From positions 101,424 through 165,423 of IMG/VR virus record IMGVR_UViG_2531839014_000003: a stretch of DNA of 64,000 bases. The stretch is one strand, 5' to 3'. Position 1 is the stretch's first letter. Every line of letters starts with the position of its first letter. The DNA comes from a virus (taxonomy: Duplodnaviria; Caudoviricetes). The notes below the pieces were generated by a model, which searched no databases, was not told the DNA's origin, and saw only the letters and a list, made by a program, of their open reading frames with translations. The translations under genes were made by a program, and so were the position numbers. This document shows positions 62,214 through 64,000 of the stretch, one piece after another.

Positions 62214-62882
62214 ATGAAATTTAATTTTGTATCTTTTGAAAATGCTAAGGAATTGGTATTACAAATAAAAGCTTTAATTATTTCGCATACAAGCAATTCT
62301 ACAATACACACATCTCAAACTGAAAAAACGAAGTGGAATACTATCACAAATAAAGTAGATAAAGTAACAGGCAAGGGATTATCAACTAACGATTACACTA
62401 CGACTGAAAAAAATAAATTAGCCGGAATTTCACCAGGAGCAGAGGTTAATGTGCAGTCAGATTGGAGTGTGACGGATACAGAATCAGATTCCTATATTAA
62501 GAACAAACCAACTTCTATGCCAGCTTCAGATGTTCCGGCGTGGGCAAAAGCTTCTAGCAAACCATCGTATGTATGGAGTGAAATTGGAAGTAAACCGTCC
62601 ACATTTCCTCCTTCGAGCCACACACACAATTACGCTGGTTCTTCATCCGTAGGAGGAGCAGCTACTTCTGCTACAAAATTATCTACAGCAAGAAAAATTG
62701 GAGATGCAAACTTTGATGGTACGGCTAATATCACATTATCACAGATTGGTGCAGCCACATCTGAACAAGTCAGTCAATTGCAAGAAACTGTAAATCATAT
62801 AATAGCTTCACATGCCATTGATGGAGGCGATTTGATGAATACTGAACCAGCGGAAAATGTTTATGATGGTGGTAGCCTATAA
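62214..62882 (+). CDS. Fibre/appendage protein
   Basis: KVDKVTGKGLSTNDY, NVQSDW, FPPSSHTH, FDGTANI. Confidence 0.7.
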   Translation: MKFNFVSFENAKELVLQIKALIISHTSNSTIHTSQTEKTKWNTITNKVDKVTGKGLSTNDYTTTEKNKLAGISPGAEVNVQSDWSVTDTESDSYIKNKPTSMPASDVPAWAKASSKPSYVWSEIGSKPSTFPPSSHTHNYAGSSSVGGAATSATKLSTARKIGDANFDGTANITLSQIGAATSEQVSQLQETVNHIIASHAIDGGDLMNTEPAENVYDGGSL

Positions 62883-62884
62883 AA

Positions 62885-62925
62885 AATAGGGCAGTTGAGT
62901 TTTTACACTCTTCTGCCCTATTTTT
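62885..62925. terminator. Bidirectional terminator ending the late operon
   Basis: ATAGGGCAG...CTGCCCTAT flanked by A- and T-runs. Confidence 0.85.
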
Positions 62926-63036
62926 TACTTTTCAAAATCCTCGTCTGTCATATTAATTTTAAAATCAGGTTCATTGGAATTCTTGTTTTTATCCATAATC
63001 ATCACTCCTAAGTATCTGGAAATTCTATCCATCTAC

Positions 63037-63258
63037 TTAGAAGTGAAAGGAATACCCACACTGACATTCTATATCTCCATTATTGTAAATCTTTCCTTTT
63101 ACTCTTTTTATATGTGCCTGAGAGCCACAAATTGGACACGTAAAATCAGCTTCACCAAACCCATCTGTTGGTTGTAGCGCCACCAGTGAGGCACGAATAA
63201 AATTATATAAGTTTTCAATGGATATCTCTTCTTTGGTTGTCAAATTATCATTACCCAT
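63037..63258 (-). CDS. Small Zn-finger protein
   Basis: GGAGG SD; CPICG...CQCG. Confidence 0.7.
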   Translation of the reverse strand: MGNDNLTTKEEISIENLYNFIRASLVALQPTDGFGEADFTCPICGSQAHIKRVKGKIYNNGDIECQCGYSFHF

Positions 63259-63307
63259 TTATATTCCTCCGTAAAGTACACTAATTTAAATATCTGTTCC
63301 AGACCAC

Positions 63308-63659
63308 CTATAAAAGCCTTACATTTGTATTCTCTGGAAGGTATTCCACAATAATTTCTTTTTCATAATCAACAGTACGCTTTTCATGACTAATTCCACC
63401 GCTCATATGGTCAATCAAATTTTCTTTATCCCTGTTTGGAGATTCATTGATACTGTCAATCCCGAATCGTTTCCTAAGCGCATCTACGGCCATTTCTACG
63501 CATTTTTGTTTCTCGTAGTCCCATTCCCGTCAAACAAACTCATTTGGCGGCATTCTGACCCGTCTACGCACTCTGTATGGACACCTAAATGCATCGATAT
63601 GTTGTCTCCCATGATAAGAAAGCTGAATTTACATCTACATGAAATATAACTCTTTCCAC
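63308..63659 (-). pseudogene. dinB: Internally deleted Y-family DNA polymerase (DinB/UvrX-like)
   Basis: N-terminus MERVIFHVDVNSAFLSWE next to C-terminal QMSLFD...VDALRKRFG; LexA-like box at 63690-63701. Confidence 0.8.
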
Positions 63660-63745
63660 ATAATCACCTCTTCTAGCTTTATTATAATAGAATGTATGTT
63701 CGGTTTGTAGTGGAAATTATAGGGAACCGTTCTCTGGTTCCCATT

Positions 63746-64000
63746 TTATGAGCATAGTAATTCCGGTATTTTATCCTTGGAAAAATCAAGAAATGAAACA
63801 CTGTATTGTCCTATCATATCGTCTTCCTCATCTGCGGCTTGCGCTTTATACCAGATCTCCAAGGCTTTCTGAACCGTGATTTCTATATTATGATAATAAT
63901 AGAGGTTAGCGCTGGTACGGGTTACTACATCTTCAATAAGCAAACGCGCATCATGGTTTTCAAACATTACTTCGTTAAGATTGTCCTTCGTAATCTTCAT
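63746..64000 (-). CDS. Hypothetical protein
   Basis: 84-aa ORF at window edge. Confidence 0.55.
   Translation of the reverse strand: MKITKDNLNEVMFENHDARLLIEDVVTRTSANLYYYHNIEITVQKALEIWYKAQAADEEDDMIGQYSVSFLDFSKDKIPELLCS

Larger units (their letters stand above)
1..64000 (+). mobile_element. Late region of an SPbeta-like large temperate phage/prophage (no att sites seen in window)
   Basis: Gene order: YonO-like RNAP, HU, terminase, portal, protease/scaffold, capsid, tail, lysis, TMP, Dit, Tal, BppU, fibres, Y-family polymerase remnant. Confidence 0.93.

Overview
The whole window is the late (morphogenesis) arm of a large SPbeta-like temperate siphophage or prophage of a low-GC Firmicute (Clostridia-like). 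It carries a YonO-type single-subunit RNA polymerase, accessory enzymes, tRNAs, terminase, portal, capsid, tail, lysis and baseplate/fibre genes, and ends in a deleted dinB remnant. Main finding: the tape-measure gene is split by what looks like a 7,728-nt group I intron (38102-45829). Its ribozyme core is at the 5' end, and its guide sequence pairs 14/15 nt with the 3' exon 7.7 kb away, restoring an in-frame 2,243-aa protein. The intron's terminal loop carries a modular array of defence-like genes (Kiwa-like pair, type III toxin-antitoxin, repressor + ABC-ATPase + RelE-like effector). These are separated by repeated terminator hairpins and zinc-ribbon gene tails that look like scars of serial cassette capture. 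Second finding: a six-cassette tail-fibre shufflon whose tyrosine recombinase has a LexA box. Several pseudogenes, and an apparent lesion in the intron P7 helix, suggest partial decay. All calls come from reading the sequence by eye; no database searches or folding programs were run.
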